The notes below the pieces were generated by a model. It had not been told where the DNA came from, searched no databases, and saw only the letters and a list, made by a program, of their open reading frames with translations. The position numbers and the translations under genes are program-made. From assembly GCA_038087875.1 (NCBI GenBank), contig CM075995.1, positions 11,224,001 through 11,288,000 of the forward strand: 64,000 nucleotides of DNA. The letters are read 5' to 3'. The DNA is from Malacoraja senta. Taxonomy: Eukaryota. Every line of letters begins with the position of its first letter. Positions within the stretch are counted from its first letter, which is position 1. This document shows, in pieces, positions 24,455 through 37,999 of this stretch.

Positions 24455-25670
24455 ATTGACGACTGTTACAAAGCCACTGCCTCCCACAACTAACTACACG
24501 TTTACCCACACTGCTTCCTGCAAAGACTCTATATTCCCAATTCCTCCGTCTACGCCGCATCTGCGTCCAAGATTAGATGTTCCATACCTGGACATCCGAG
24601 ATGTCCTCATTCTTTAGGGAATGGGCGTTCCTTTATTCTGATTATTCTGATTATATGTTAACCATAAATCTCTGTAAGGTGTCCTTGAGACCTCGGTATA
24701 AGGCGCCCATAAATAAAATTCATTATTATTATTATTATCATAGATCAGGCCCTCACATGTGTCTCCTCAGTACCCCTCAGCTCCACCCTTGCTCCCCTCC
24801 CCCATAGTCGCAACAGGGACAGAGTTCCCCTCACCCTTACCTTTCACCCCATCAGCCGTCGCATACAAAACATAATCCTCCAACATTTTCTCCACCTCCG
24901 ATGGGATCCTACCACTAGTCTCATCTTCCCATCTCCACATCTTTCCGCCTTTTGCAGAGACCATTTCCTCTGCAACTCTCTGGTTAACTCATCCCATCCC
25001 ACACAAAGCACCCCCTCCCCAGGTACCTTCCCCTGCAACTGCAACACCTGTCCCTATAGCTCCGCCCTCGACTCTGTCCACGACCACAAGGTTCACTTGC
25101 ACCTCCTCCTCTACTGTATCCATTGTTGAAGATGTGGACTAAATATCGGCGAGACTAAATGTAGACTGGGCGATCGTTTCGTTGAACACCTTCACTCAGT
25201 CTGCCTACCTGATTTCCCAGTTGCTAAATACTTTAATTCCCCTTCCCATTCCCGCACTGACCTTTCTGTCCTAGGCCTCCTCTATTGTCAGAGTGAGGCC
25301 AAAAACAAATTGGAGGAACAGCATCTCATATTTTGCTTGGGCAGCTTATAACACAGGGGCATTAAGATTTATTTCTCTAACTTCAACTAACCCCTGCACT
25401 CCCTCTCTCTCCATTTCTCCCGCACCCAAGTCACACCAGCTTCTCGTTCTCACCAAGAAAACAGCTATCAATGGCCTGTTTCCTTTATCATTGTTACTTT
25501 TTTGTTTCATTCATTTGTTCTATATCTCTTTACATCATCGTCTATATCTCTCGTTTCCCTTTCCCGTAACTTTCAGTCTGAAGAAGGGTATCGACCGAAC
25601 ATCACCCATTCCTTCTCTCCAGCGATGCTGGCTGTCCCGCTGAGATACTCCAGCATGTTGTGTCTGTCCA
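24455..25670 (+). mobile_element. Degenerate Penelope-like element
   Basis: Homologous to 21003-22300 (caattcctccgtctacgccgcatctg; atcggcgagactaaa). Confidence 0.8.
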
Positions 25671-26074
25671 TATCCCTACATTCCCTGCATATCCCATATC
25701 CATGTGCCTATACAAAGTCTCTTAAACACCATGATATCTGCCTCCACCACCACGTACCAGGCATTCACCACCCTCACTTATATTTCCCCCCCTCACCTTA
25801 ATGCTATGTCCTCTAGCATTTGATTTATCATTCCTGAGAAAAAGATTTTGTCTCCCTAATCTATTTTATAATTTTGTTTAATTCTATCAGGTCTCCCAGC
25901 AATCTCCAGTGTGCCAGAGAAAACAATCTAAAACTGACCAGCCTCTCCCTAAAGCAAATTTCCTCTAATCTAGGCATCATTCTGGTAAACCTTCTCTACA
26001 CCCTTTCCAAACCCTCCACATCCTCCCTGTAATGGGCCGATCAGAATTGCACCCATTACTCCAATACTTTCAAA

Positions 26075-26660
26075 TGCTGTTGATAATATCAGGCATTTTG
26101 GGTGCTTGACAAAATTGAGAATTTTTGCTTCTCGGAGCTTTTGCCAAGGAGCTTTTTCGTTTAGTTTCGTGACACAACTCACAGAACTACCTGAAGTTTT
26201 AACATATTGTGTAAAAATATTATATAAATCATACCTGAAACTCGTCAAGTACAAAACCTGCACATTTTTAAGAAATATGAGAAAAACCTCACATTTTCGT
26301 AGTAGTAATTGCCCAATCAATGCATGTTTGACATTGAGGTCAGATGCAAATTGACCAATCCCGCGCTTTGTTTTACGGTCGCTAGGCAGCGAGGAGGGGG
26401 GGGTGTGGAGGGGGGGAGGTGTGGGAGGAGGGTGGCCCCCCTCCCATTGGTACGGGGCTTTTGCATTTTTCAGCTTGAAATTGTGCAAAATGGTGCATAC
26501 TGTAGCGAGTTTTTTAACTTACATTTGAATGCAATATTTATGCTTTAAATTGGATTTGCTATGAATAAGGTTAGACGAAATTACATTCCTAATTACATTC
26601 CACAGTAGAGCCCAGGCTCTGATCAACACGTGCAGCACATGAATGATCTCAGTAATAGTA
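26075..26660. mobile_element. Possible non-autonomous DNA transposon fragment
   Basis: gggtggccccctccca-type motif shared with 34745-34975; no TIR pair found. Confidence 0.3.
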
Positions 26661-26704
26661 GCGAATTGAGGAATGCAGTTGAACAGAGGGATCCAGGAAT
26701 AACT

Positions 26705-29036
26705 TTTGTTAGTTAGCAGGGTTAGTTAGCAGGCTTGTTGTGCGTGGCCCCTTGGGCAAGAGTGACTATAATATGGTTGAGTTCTTCATTAGGATGGAGA
26801 GTGACATTGTTAATTCAGAAACAAGGGTTCTGAACATAAAGAAAGGTAACTTTGAGGGTATGAGACGTGAATTGGCCAAGATAGACTGGCAATTGATTCT
26901 TAAAGGGTTGACGGTGGATATGCAATGGAAGGCATTTAAAGGCTGCATGGGTGAACTACAACAATTGTTCATCCCAGTTTGGCAAAAGAATAAATCAGGG
27001 AAGGTAGTGCATCCGTGGATAACAAGGGAAATCAGGGATAGTATCAAAACAAAAGATGAAGCATACAAATTAGCCAGAAAAAGCAGCCTACCAGAGGACT
27101 GGGAGAAATTCAGAGTCCAGCAGATGAGGACAAAGGGTTTAATTAGGAAAGGGAAAATAGATTATCAAAGAAAACTGGCAGGGAACATAAAAACTGACTG
27201 CAAAAGTTTTTATAGATATGTCAAGAGAAAAAGATTAGTTAAAACAAATGTAGGTCCCTTGCAGTTAGAAACAGGTGAACTGATCATGGGGAACAAGGAC
27301 ATGGCAGACCAATTGAATAACTACTTTGGTTCTGTCTTCACTAAGGAAGACTTAATTAAACTGCCGGAAATAGCAGGGGACCGGGGGCCAAATGAGATGG
27401 AGGAACTGAGGGAAATCCAGGTTAGCCGGGAAGTGGTGTTAGGTAAATTGAATGGATTGGAGGCCGATAAATTCCCAGGGCCAGATAGGCTGCATCCCAG
27501 AGTATTTAAGGAAGTAGCCCCAGAAATAGTGGATGCATTAGTGATAATTTTTCAAAACTCTTTAGATTCTGGAGTAGTTCCTGATGATTGGAGGGTAGCT
27601 AATGTAACCCCACTTTTTAAAAAGGGAGGGTGAGAGAAAACGGGGAATTACAGACCAGTTAGTCTAACATCGGTAGTGGGGAAACTGCTAGAGTCAGTTA
27701 TTAAAGATGGGATAGCAATACATTTGGAAAATGGTGAAATCATTGGACAAAGTCAGCATGGATTTATGAAAGGTAAATCATCTGACGAATCTTATAGAAT
27801 TTTTCGAGGATGTAACTAGTAGAGTGGATAAGGGAGAACCAGTGGATGTGTTATATCTGGACTTTCAGAAGGTTTTCAACAAGGTCCCACATAAGAGATT
27901 AATATACAAACTTAAAGCACACGGTATTGGGGGTTCAGTATTGATGTGGATAGAGAACTGGCTGGCAGACAGGAACCAAAGAGTGGTAGTAAACGGGTCC
28001 TTTTCAGAATGGCAGGCAGTGACTAGTGGGGTACTGCAAGGCTCAGTGCTGGGACCTCAGCTATTTACAATATATATTAATGATCTGGACGAGGGAATTG
28101 AATGCAACATCTCCAAGTTTGCGGATGACATGAAGCTGGGGGGCAGTGTTAGCTGTGAGAAGGGTGCTAGGAGGCTGCAAGATGACTTGGATAGGCTGGG
28201 TGAGTGGGAAAATGCATGGCAGATGCAGTATAATGTGGATAAATGTGAGGTTATCCACTTTGGTGGCAAAAACAGGAAAGTAGACTATTACCTGTATGGT
28301 GGCCGATTAGGAAAAGGGGAGATGCAATGAGACCTGGGTGTCATGGTACACCAGTCATTGAAAGTGGGCATGCAGGTGCAGCAGGCAGTGAGGAAAGCGA
28401 ATGGTATGTTAGCATTCATAGCAAAAGGATTTGAGTATAGGAGCAGGGAGGTTCTATTGCAGTTGTACAGGGTCTTGGTGAGACCACACCTGGAGTATTG
28501 CGTACAGTTTTGGTCTCCTAATCTGAGGAAGGACATACTTGCCATAGAGGGAGTATAGAGAAGGTTCACCAGACTGATTCCTGGGATGTCAGGACTTTCA
28601 TATGAGGAAATACTGGATAGACTCAGCTTGTACTCGCTGGAATTTAGAAGACTGAGGGGGTATCTTATAGAAACTTACAAAATTCTTAAGGGGTTGGACA
28701 GGCTAGATGCAGGAAGATTGTTCCCGATGTTGGGGAAGTCCAGAACAAGGGGTCACAGTTTAAGGATAAAGGGGAAATCTTTTAGGACTGAGATGAGAAA
28801 AACATTTTTTACACAATTCTGGAATTCTCTGCCACAGAATGTAGTTGAGGCCAGTTCATTGGCTATATTTAACAGGGAGTTAGATGTGGCCCTTGTGGCT
28901 AAAGGGATCCGGGGGTATGGAGAGAAAGTAGGTACAGGATACTGAGTTGGATGATCAGCCATGATCCTATTGAATGGCGGTGCAGGCTCGAAGGGCCGAA
29001 TGGCCTACTCCTGCACCTATTTTCTATGTTTCTATG
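26705..29036 (+). mobile_element. CR1 LINE, 5'-truncated, inserted in another CR1 subfamily
   Basis: Broken ORF2 (26740-28945); TSD TAACT at 26700-26704 / 29037-29041. Confidence 0.93.
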
Positions 29037-29730
29037 TAACTGTGCATAGTTCCCTGAAGGTGGAATCTCATGTAGATAGGGTGGTAAAGAAAGCTTTTGG
29101 TGTGCTGGCCTTTATAAATCAGAGCATTGAGTATAGAAGTTGGGATGTAATGTTAAAATTGTACAAGGCATTGGTGAGGCCGATTCTGGAGTATGGTGTA
29201 CAATTTTGGTCGCCAAATTATAGGAAAGATGTCAACAAAATAGAGAGAGTACCGAGGAGATTTACTAGAATGTTGCCTGGGTTTCAGCACCTCTGTTACA
29301 GAGAAAGATTGAACAAGATAGGTCTTTATTCTTTGGAGCGCAGAAGGTTAAGGGGGGACGATAGAGGTCTTTAAAATGACGAGAGGGATAGACAGAGTTG
29401 ACGTGGATAAGCTTTTTCCATTGAGAGTAGGGAAGATTCAAACAAGAGGACATGATTTGAGAATTAAGGGACAAAAGTTTAAGGGTAACATGAGGGGGAA
29501 CTTCTTTACTCAGAGAGTGGTAGCTGTGTGGAATGAGCTTCCAGTGGAAGTGGTGGAGCCAGGTTCGATTTTATCATTTAAAAATAAATTGGATAGGTAT
29601 ATGGATGGGCTAGGAATGGAGGGTTATGGTCTGAGTGCAGGTAGATGGGACTCGGTGAGAATAAGAGTTCGGCATGGACTAGAAGGGCCGAGATGGCCTG
29701 TTTCCGTGCTGTAATTGTTATATGGTTATA
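29037..29730 (+). mobile_element. CR1 second subfamily 3' part (5' stub at about 26660-26704)
   Basis: VHSSLKVESHVDRVVKKAFG motif; (atatggtt)n tail. Confidence 0.9.
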
Positions 29731-31048
29731 TAGTATATTCAGTATATGGAAATCAGATTATAATCAAACACTTGGCCCATGTTGACCAACCTGGGTCTCA
29801 CTGCACACCTGTTACTACTCCTGACCCTGACTCCAGTTGCATACCTTCTCTCATTCCTGACCCTGAGTCCAGCCTTACACCTGGCCCCCTATTCTATCCT
29901 GATCATAGCTGCTTACCTGCTTAGATTCCCAATGCTGAACACTCCCATTGTCCCAGCTTTGAATGCACACCTGGTACTATTCCAGACCTTGACTCTGGAG
30001 GCACATTTGCCCTTGCTCCTAGCCCCTCTGCACTGACAATATATCTGGCCCACACATAAAGCCCCATATCTGACCCCCTGGACTTAACCCATTATGTTCA
30101 AGTCCACAGGTGCTTATCTAATGCGGTAATATTTTATGGGGCACTTCACGGACCAAATTATGTATAACAAAAGTTGCTACATCTATTGGCTTCCTTGTTA
30201 TCTAACATGCTAGTTACTTTGTCAAAGAAGTCATCAATTGGTTGAACACAATTTCTCATCCATAAAATTATACTCACTCAGCTGTATAAGTATTCTGTTA
30301 CCATTTCTTTCATTCTCCTAACAAACTGTCGTGAAGTCATTTTCACCCCCAATAATTTCAGTATTTTGCTGTCTTCCTCTCAGCTGGGACTTTTCCGAAA
30401 TACAAAATCCAATAACTATATATTTAAGCAATATTATTCTATTAAATGTGATCTTGAGAGTACATAATGTTTTCTGTGGTATTCATAACAATGATAAAAA
30501 AGATCTTTGTTTTGATTGCACCTAGCAACATGCATACATTATTATATTACAGTTAATAAGTACCGAGGGCAAATTTTTGTTCCAATGCTCCCCATTCCCA
30601 ATTACTTTTACAGTGAAGTGATTGAAATGCAAGTGAAGTTTAAATGGCATCAAAAGTAAAACCTCCAGAATGGATGATATTCATTACATGGTTGGTTGGG
30701 GTCAGTATCACCACAATTACTATATTAAACTTTGAATCTTCAGATGTCCTGGTTCAAGCTAAAACTAAAGATAAATAATAATCTCCTCACACATTCCCCT
30801 GCAAGTATCTCTGTCACTCCTTTAAAAGATGCCCCTTCTTTGAACAAGCTCTTAAATATCGCATCTGAATCAGTTTCCATCTGATTACACTCCTTGAGGA
30901 TGTTCATCTATGTGTTCAATTAATAAAACAACGAGATTGGTGACATTTCTATTCAACCTGTCAAAGGAATTGGGGGGGGGGTTAGAAATAGTCAGTGAGG
31001 TAAACATAATAGTTGAGTGGCAAATGACAATAGTGCTACCTTCCCAAT

Positions 31049-31995
31049 ATCAATATCAATCAATATCAATCAATATCAGTTTTATTCGTCATTTGCACAT
31101 AAAGTGCAAGTGAAATGAATTTGCCAGCAGCGGTACAATGAAAAAAGAACACACAAAAACACAATAAAAATTTAACACAAAATATCCACCGCAGCATTCA
31201 TCACTGTGGTGGAAGGCACAAAATTTGGTCAGTCCTCCTCCATTTTCCCACATGGTCGGGAGCTCAACCCTCCGCAACCGCCGCTGCGGGTGTCCAGATG
31301 TTCAGACAAGGTAAAGTCCAGATAAATTCCAGGTAAGTCCTGAAGCGGTGCTTCCCCACCAGAGACCGCGGCTTCAGGTTGGTGTAGGCCGCAGGTCAAA
31401 GATTTAAAGTTCCCGCCGGGCCGCAGCCAGAAGCACTGCACACCGCAGGGCCGGTGGTCAGAGCTCCTCTCCAGGGGTCCCCAGCGAGGGACCCCGCTCC
31501 TGATGGTAAGTCCCCGCTGCGCCCGCGGTTGAAGTAGGCCGCGGGCCGGTGGTCTGAGTTTCTTCTCCTCCCGGGTCCCCAACGAGGGATCCCAGGCTGC
31601 GGACGCCGTGCCAACTTCAGGCTGCTGCGAGCCAGTGAACGGAGCACTCCCCTCCGGCAAGCTCTGGCGAGCTCCGGCGAGCCCCGGCGAGGGCTCGCCC
31701 GCTCCACGACGAGAGTCCACGGTGCGCCTGCCGCTGAAGCCCCGGGCACGTCTCCGGGAAAGGCCGCACCAATCCTCGATGTTAGGCCATGGGGGAGGCG
31801 ACATGGAAAAAGTCACCTCTCCGTGGAGGAGGCGACTGAAACGCTTTCCCCCTTACCCCCCCACCCCCCCCCCCACCACACAAGACACACAGAGAGACAC
31901 CAAAAACACACAATAGGACACACTAAAAAAAATTAAAAAGTTGAAAAAACAAACACGCTACTGGAAGGACTGCCGGCTTGCAGCGCCCCCACCGA
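31049..31995 (-). mobile_element. CpG-rich non-coding retroposon-like element
   Basis: (atcaat)n tail and minus-strand AATAAA at the left end, GC-rich body; family not identified. Confidence 0.45.
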
Positions 31996-32077
31996 CCCCC
32001 ACTTTGAAGGAAATAATGGGTTATCGGGGCTGTATGTTGTGACAGACGCCTGACACCTTGCATGTGATTTTAATATT

Positions 32078-34558
32078 ACACCATATAATCATATAACCAT
32101 ATAACAATTACAGCACGGAAACAGGCCATCTCGACCCTTCTAGTCCATGCCGAATACGTATTCTCCCCTAGTCCCATATACCTGCGCTCAGACCATAACC
32201 CTCCATTCCTTTCCCGTCCATAGAACTATCCAATTTATTTTTAAATGATAAAAACGAACCTGCCTCCACCACCTTCACTGGAAGCTCATTCCACACAGCC
32301 ACCACTCTCTGAGTAAAGAAGTTCCCCCTCATGTTACCGCTAAATTCTGTCCCTTAATTCTCAAGTCATGTCCCCTTGTTTGAATCTTCCCTACTCTCAG
32401 TGGGAAAAGCTTATCCACGTCAACTCTGTCTATCCCTCTCATCATTTTAAAGACCTCTATCAAGTCCCCCCTTAACCTTCAGCGCTCCAAAGAATAAAGC
32501 CCTAACTTGTTCAACCTTTCTCTGTAACTTAGTTGCTGAAACCCAGGCAACATTCTAGTAAATCTCCTCTGTACTCTCTCTATTGTGTTGACATCCTTCC
32601 TATAATTAGGCGACCAAAATTGTACACCATACTCCAGAATTGGCCTCACCAATGCCTTGTACAATTTTAACATTACATCCCAACTTTACATACTCAATGC
32701 TCTGATTTATAAAAGCCAGCACACCAAACGCTTTCTTTACCACCCTATCTACATGAGATTCCACTTTCAGGGAACTGTGCACAGTTATTCCAAGATCCCT
32801 CTGTTCACCTGCATTCTTCAATTCCCTACCATTTACCATGTACGTCCTATTTTGATTTGTCCTGCCAAGATGTAGCACCTCACACTTATCAGCATTAAAC
32901 TCCATCTGCCATCTTTCAGCCCACTCTTCCAACCGGCATAAATCTCTCTGTAGACTTTGAAAATCTACTTCATTATCCACAGCCCCACCTATCTTAGTAT
33001 CATCTGCATACTTACTAATCCAATTTACCACACCATCATCCAGATCATTGATGTACATGACAAACAACAGTGGACCCAACACAGATCCCTGTGGCACCCC
33101 ACTAGTCACTGGCCTCCAACCTGACAAACAACCATCCACCATTACTCTCTGGCATCTCCCATTCAGCCACTGTTGAATCCATCTTGCTACTCCACCATTA
33201 ATACCCAACCATTGAACCTTCTTAACCAACCTTCCATGAGGAACCTTGTCAAAGGCCTTACTGAAGTCCATATATACAACATCCACGGCTTTACCCTCAT
33301 CAATTTCCCGAGTAACCTCTTCAAAAAATTCAAGAAGATTAGTCAAACATGACCTCCCAGGCACAAATCCATCTTGACTGTTCCTAATCAGCCCCTGTTT
33401 ATCCAGATGCTTACATATATTATCTCTAAGTATCCTTTCCATTAATTTGCCCACCACTGACGTCAAACTAACAGGTCTATAATTGCTAGGTTTACTCTTG
33501 ACCCCTTTTTAAACAATGGAACAACATGCGCAGTACGCAATCCTCCGGCACTATTGCCGTTTCCAATGACATTTGAAATATTTCTGTCATAGCCCCTGCT
33601 ATTTCTACACTAACTTCCCTCAATGTCCTAGGGAATATCCTGTCTGGACCTGGAGACTTATCCACTTTTATATTTCTCAAAAGTGTCAGTACTTCCTCTT
33701 CTTTGAATCTCATAGTTTCCATAGCTACTCTACTTGTTTCCCTTACCTCACATAATTCAATATCCTTCTCCTTGGTGAATACCGAAGAAAAGAAATTGTT
33801 CAATATCTCCCCCATCTCTTTTGGCTCTGCAGATAGCTGTCCACTCTGACTCTCTAATGGACCAATTTTATCCCTCGTTATCCTTTTTGCTATTAATATA
33901 GCTGTAGAAACCCTTTGGATTTACTTTCACCTTACTTGCCAAAGCAACCTCATATCTTCTTTTAGCTTTTCTAATTTCTTTCTTAAGACACTTTTTACAT
34001 TTTTTATACTCCTCAAGCACCTCATTTACTCCATGCTGCCTATAAATATTGATCTCTCTCTCTTTTTCCGAACTGTGTCCAATTTCCCTTGAAAACCATG
34101 GCTCTTTCCAATTTTTACTATTTCCTTTCAACCGAACAGGGACATAAAGATTCTGTACTCTTAAAATTTCACCTTTAAATGTCCTCCATTTCTCTTCCAC
34201 ATCTTTCCCATAAAACAAACTGTCCCAATTTACTCCTTTTAAATCCTTTCGCATCTCCTCAAAGTTAGCCTTTCTCCAATCAAAAATCTCAACCCTAGGT
34301 CTAGTTCTGACCCTCTCCATAATTATATTGAAACTAATGATATTTTGATCACTGGTCCCGAACTGTTCCCCAACGCATACCTCTGCCACCTGACCCGTCT
34401 CATTTCCTAACAGGAGGTCCAGCACCGCCCCTTCTCTAGTAGGTACTTCTATGTATTGCTGCAAAAAACTATCCTGCACACATTTTACAAACTACAACCC
34501 ATCCAGCCCATTTACAGAATGTGTTTCCCAGTCTATGTGTGGAAAATTGAAATCTCCC
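32078..34558 (-). mobile_element. CR1 second subfamily, 5'-truncated
   Basis: Frameshifted ORF2 pieces (32606-33466 with QGSVLGP and YADD; 33868-34479). Confidence 0.93.
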
Positions 34559-35232
34559 TTTCCCTTCCCCCTGGATATTCCGGATTAATAAATTAAGGTT
34601 TTGTCAACTAATTACAAATCAGGCTAATTACAAATCAATACCATTAGCCAACTCCGAAACATGAAGCGCTGAGCATTGGGATCCAGACATCACGGACAAC
34701 TGCCTCAGATCCCCGCTCACATCTGGCAGTGTTCTCCGTCTGAACCAGGGGCCGCGGAGCGTTTTTGAAAGTGGGGAGGTTGAGCGATCACTGATCACTG
34801 GCCTTGGGGGCACCCGGTGAGGGAGTGGAGCAACCGAGTGGGGAGAGGGTGTGGAAGGGGGGTGTCCCCCCTCCCAGGGTAGGGACTTTTTGAAATTTGG
34901 TGTACTAAAATCATGTATTAGTGCATTGTAGAAGTATGATTTCCATTTTTTGTATAAAGTATTTTTTAGAGGTAAATTTTTAAGGGGTAACTTTTTCCAC
35001 ACAAAGGGTGATGGGTGTATGGAACAAGCTGCCAGAGGAGGTAGTTGAGGCAGGGACCATCCCAACATTTAAGAAACAGTTAGACTGAGACATGGAAAGG
35101 ACAGGTTTGGAGATATGGACCAAAAGCAGGTAGCGTAGCTGGGACATGTTGACGGTTGTGGGCAAGTTGCGCCAAAGGGCCTATTTTCACACTGTATCAC
35201 TCTATGACTACATTATACTTCCACTATGCATA

Positions 35233-35801
35233 CAGTTGATATGAGTTTTGACATTTTCATTGATCACAGAATTTCTCACGACAGAGCGTGAGAAAATTTG
35301 TGATCAGCGTGAGAATTTGGCGAAATGCGTGATTCTTACGCTCAATGCATGAGAGTTGGCAGCCCTGCCTCTCTATCCTCCTCTCCCTCCCCTCACTCTC
35401 TCCCCCTCTCTCTCCTCTCTCTGTCCAACTCTCTCTCTCCTCTCTCTCTCCCCCTCTCTTTCTCTCCCCTCTCTCTCCCTCCCACCTCACTCTCCCCTCT
35501 CTCCCTCCGACTCTTGCACTGCTCCATGGCCGGAGCTGCAGCGAGCAACTCGCCAGCCCCGCAAACACTCGCCAGCCCGCAAACACCCGCCAGCCCCGGC
35601 TCCCCGCATCTGTCCCCGCCGCTGGTTCTGCTTCCATCACTCCCTCAGCCCCGGCTCTCCAACACCCGTAGCCCATGCAGTTTATATGAGTTTTGAAATT
35701 TTCGTTGATCAGAGCGTGAGAAATTTGTGATCAGCGCGAGAGCGTGAGAATTTGGCCAAATGAGTGATTCTCACGCTCAAAGCATGAGAGTTGGCAGCCC
35801 T
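35233..35801. mobile_element. Two same-orientation hAT-like transposon ends
   Basis: ~125-bp direct repeats ending gagttggcagccct(g) at 35367 and 35801 (reverse complement CAGGGCTGCCAAC, Ac-type TIR) with gcgtgaga subterminal repeats. Confidence 0.55.
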
Positions 35802-36385
35802 CTAGTCTATCACCCTCTATTTTGCCACCCTTATCTCCCAGCTGCAACTCTAACTCATCTATCACCCTCTATTTCGCTACCCTTATCTCCCAGCTGTAAC
35901 TTGTGACAGCCACATGGTTACAAAGGTTACATACCAGTTTATAGTTTGACTCACTAAGAATACAAAGGTACAAATGAATTACTAAGAATACAAAGATACT
36001 AAAGTAGAAATATGTAACTTGTTTACTTGGTAAATGATTTAATTAAATGACTAATAATAACATGAGTGTGCTGCAAAATGACTAACAATCACGTGAGTAT
36101 TAAGTAAAATAGCTGACGTCTGATTAAGTAACATAACTGATGTCTGCTACTATGTGTGTACTTCCATATAATTCCCCCATTTGAGACCTATTTGGTCTCA
36201 TAGAAAAATAAAACTACACACACATTTCCCCAGGTCGAATCACACATAGAGCCCTAAAATGCAGGGTCTTTAACTATATTAGCGCAATGCTGTGCGTTGT
36301 TCTATCTCTAGCTACCTGGGAGACTGGGCCAAAAACCCAGTTCGTGGGGCAGGAAAAAAGACCCAGCATCCCTTACAGACTTTGT

Positions 36386-37800
36386 TTAGTAGCCTTCTAC
36401 AATATCTTCCCCGTTGTAGTAGTATTCCATCAGCGAGGTCCGTTTTTCTTGAGGGCCGGATTCGTCTTCTCCCGGTAGCAATGGGAGCTGCTTTACAGTA
36501 GCTTTCACTAGGAGAGACTTAATGCAGGGGAAAACACAGCACAACACAATCGCAGCCATCAACATTGTGATCCCAATAGTCAATCCAATCTTAATCAGCC
36601 ATGCTCCCCAACCTCCCAACATGCTTTCCAGCCAACCGAAAAGTTGATGTCCGAACCCTGCATTTTCTTTGACCTCGCTCCTTAGGTTTCTTAATTTATT
36701 CAGTGCTTTAGTAAAGGATCCCTCTGGGCTGGTGTTGTTGGGGATAAAGGTATAGCAGTGCTCCCCAAAGAGGACACAGACACCCCCTTTCTCAGCCAAC
36801 AACCAATCCAGGGCCTGCCTATTCTGCCATGCCATCTTACTAGTGGCATCAAGTTGGTCCCCTAAGGCCAACAGTGCATCCTCGGTATAATTAATAAACC
36901 TCTGTTGGTTATAATAAATATAGTTGATCCATTCCGTGTGTTTTGCCGGCGTAATCCAAAGAAGTATTGACTCCAGCCCTGCAGTAATTTCATTCCTGGC
37001 TTTAAATTCATTAGGGATTCCTCTTGGTTGTCCTATTGCATCCAGATAAACTCCTTCAGGTAATGATTCAAACACTTTCTTCCTACGGGTCTTTGCGAAC
37101 ACCTTCATTGGACTTATTACAAGAACGGATTGTGCCAGCATTACCCTGGCACACAATCCAGTCCAATGGAGCAGCAGTGTGTTTCTGGGCTTACCCCCGC
37201 ACATCCAAAACCTATCAGCTACAGCCACATCTGCCGTCAAAATAGCCGTGCACCGTGGTAGTATAATAGTAGTATTGGCCCTGGGCACGTCTTCAGCCAA
37301 TTGGTATGGGTCCTTGTGATTACATATCCACACCCTGCTACAGCGGCCTGGAAAAGTTCCTACTGGATGTGTGCCATTTGCCGCATGGTAGCATTCATAC
37401 TGTGCTGTAGTTGTAACTTCAATCCCTAGTGATGGCTCTGGGTAGGGTTTTCTTACCTGTGTGATGTTCTATAGAGTGCATTGGACTGCCGCAAGCATCA
37501 CTTGTGTCGATCCCGCTGCATTTAAACACTGTATTGAGCAATGAGACACGTCTGTTCAGCTTGTTATATTTCGCAAGAATTCTGCACAATGTATACAATT
37601 ATGGGTTGAATATTAGCAATAATATAATTATAGCTAATATTCTTTCTTTAGCTTTGGCACATATTATACATTGTGGCAACCTCAAAGACTTTGCCGTATA
37701 TCGCGCCCACTTGTACCAATCGTTCGTGGCAGCGTTGAGCCAGGTGACTGAGCTAGCACCATGTTCAACCTTCGGTTTCGCACCTGCTTTCCTGACCCAT
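36386..37800 (-). pseudogene. env: ERV-A env (5' part disrupted; 315-aa open 3' part)
   Basis: RRKK cleavage site, GIPNEFKARNEITAG, WQNRQALDWLLAEKGGVC immunosuppressive domain, TM helix; CX6CC mutated to CVLFGEHCY. Confidence 0.9.
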
Positions 37801-37999
37801 GTGAAGTAATGGTGTTATCAGTCCCAGGCTAGGTCTGCAAAGTCAATGGTCTCGAAGTCTGAGTAGGGAGTATCAGTATTAGGTTCCCCTGGCCATCCTT
37901 CAACCATGTCGCCAGTAGAAGGACAACTACCAGGAGAAGGGCAATCACCCACAACCTCATCCTCACCAGTGTCGGAACCCCCACTTTCTCCGAATATGT

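Noticed and set aside
29740..31040. Apparently unique sequence as upstream TONSL exons
   Set aside because: No TPR-like translation or convincing splice-site pairs on the minus strand.
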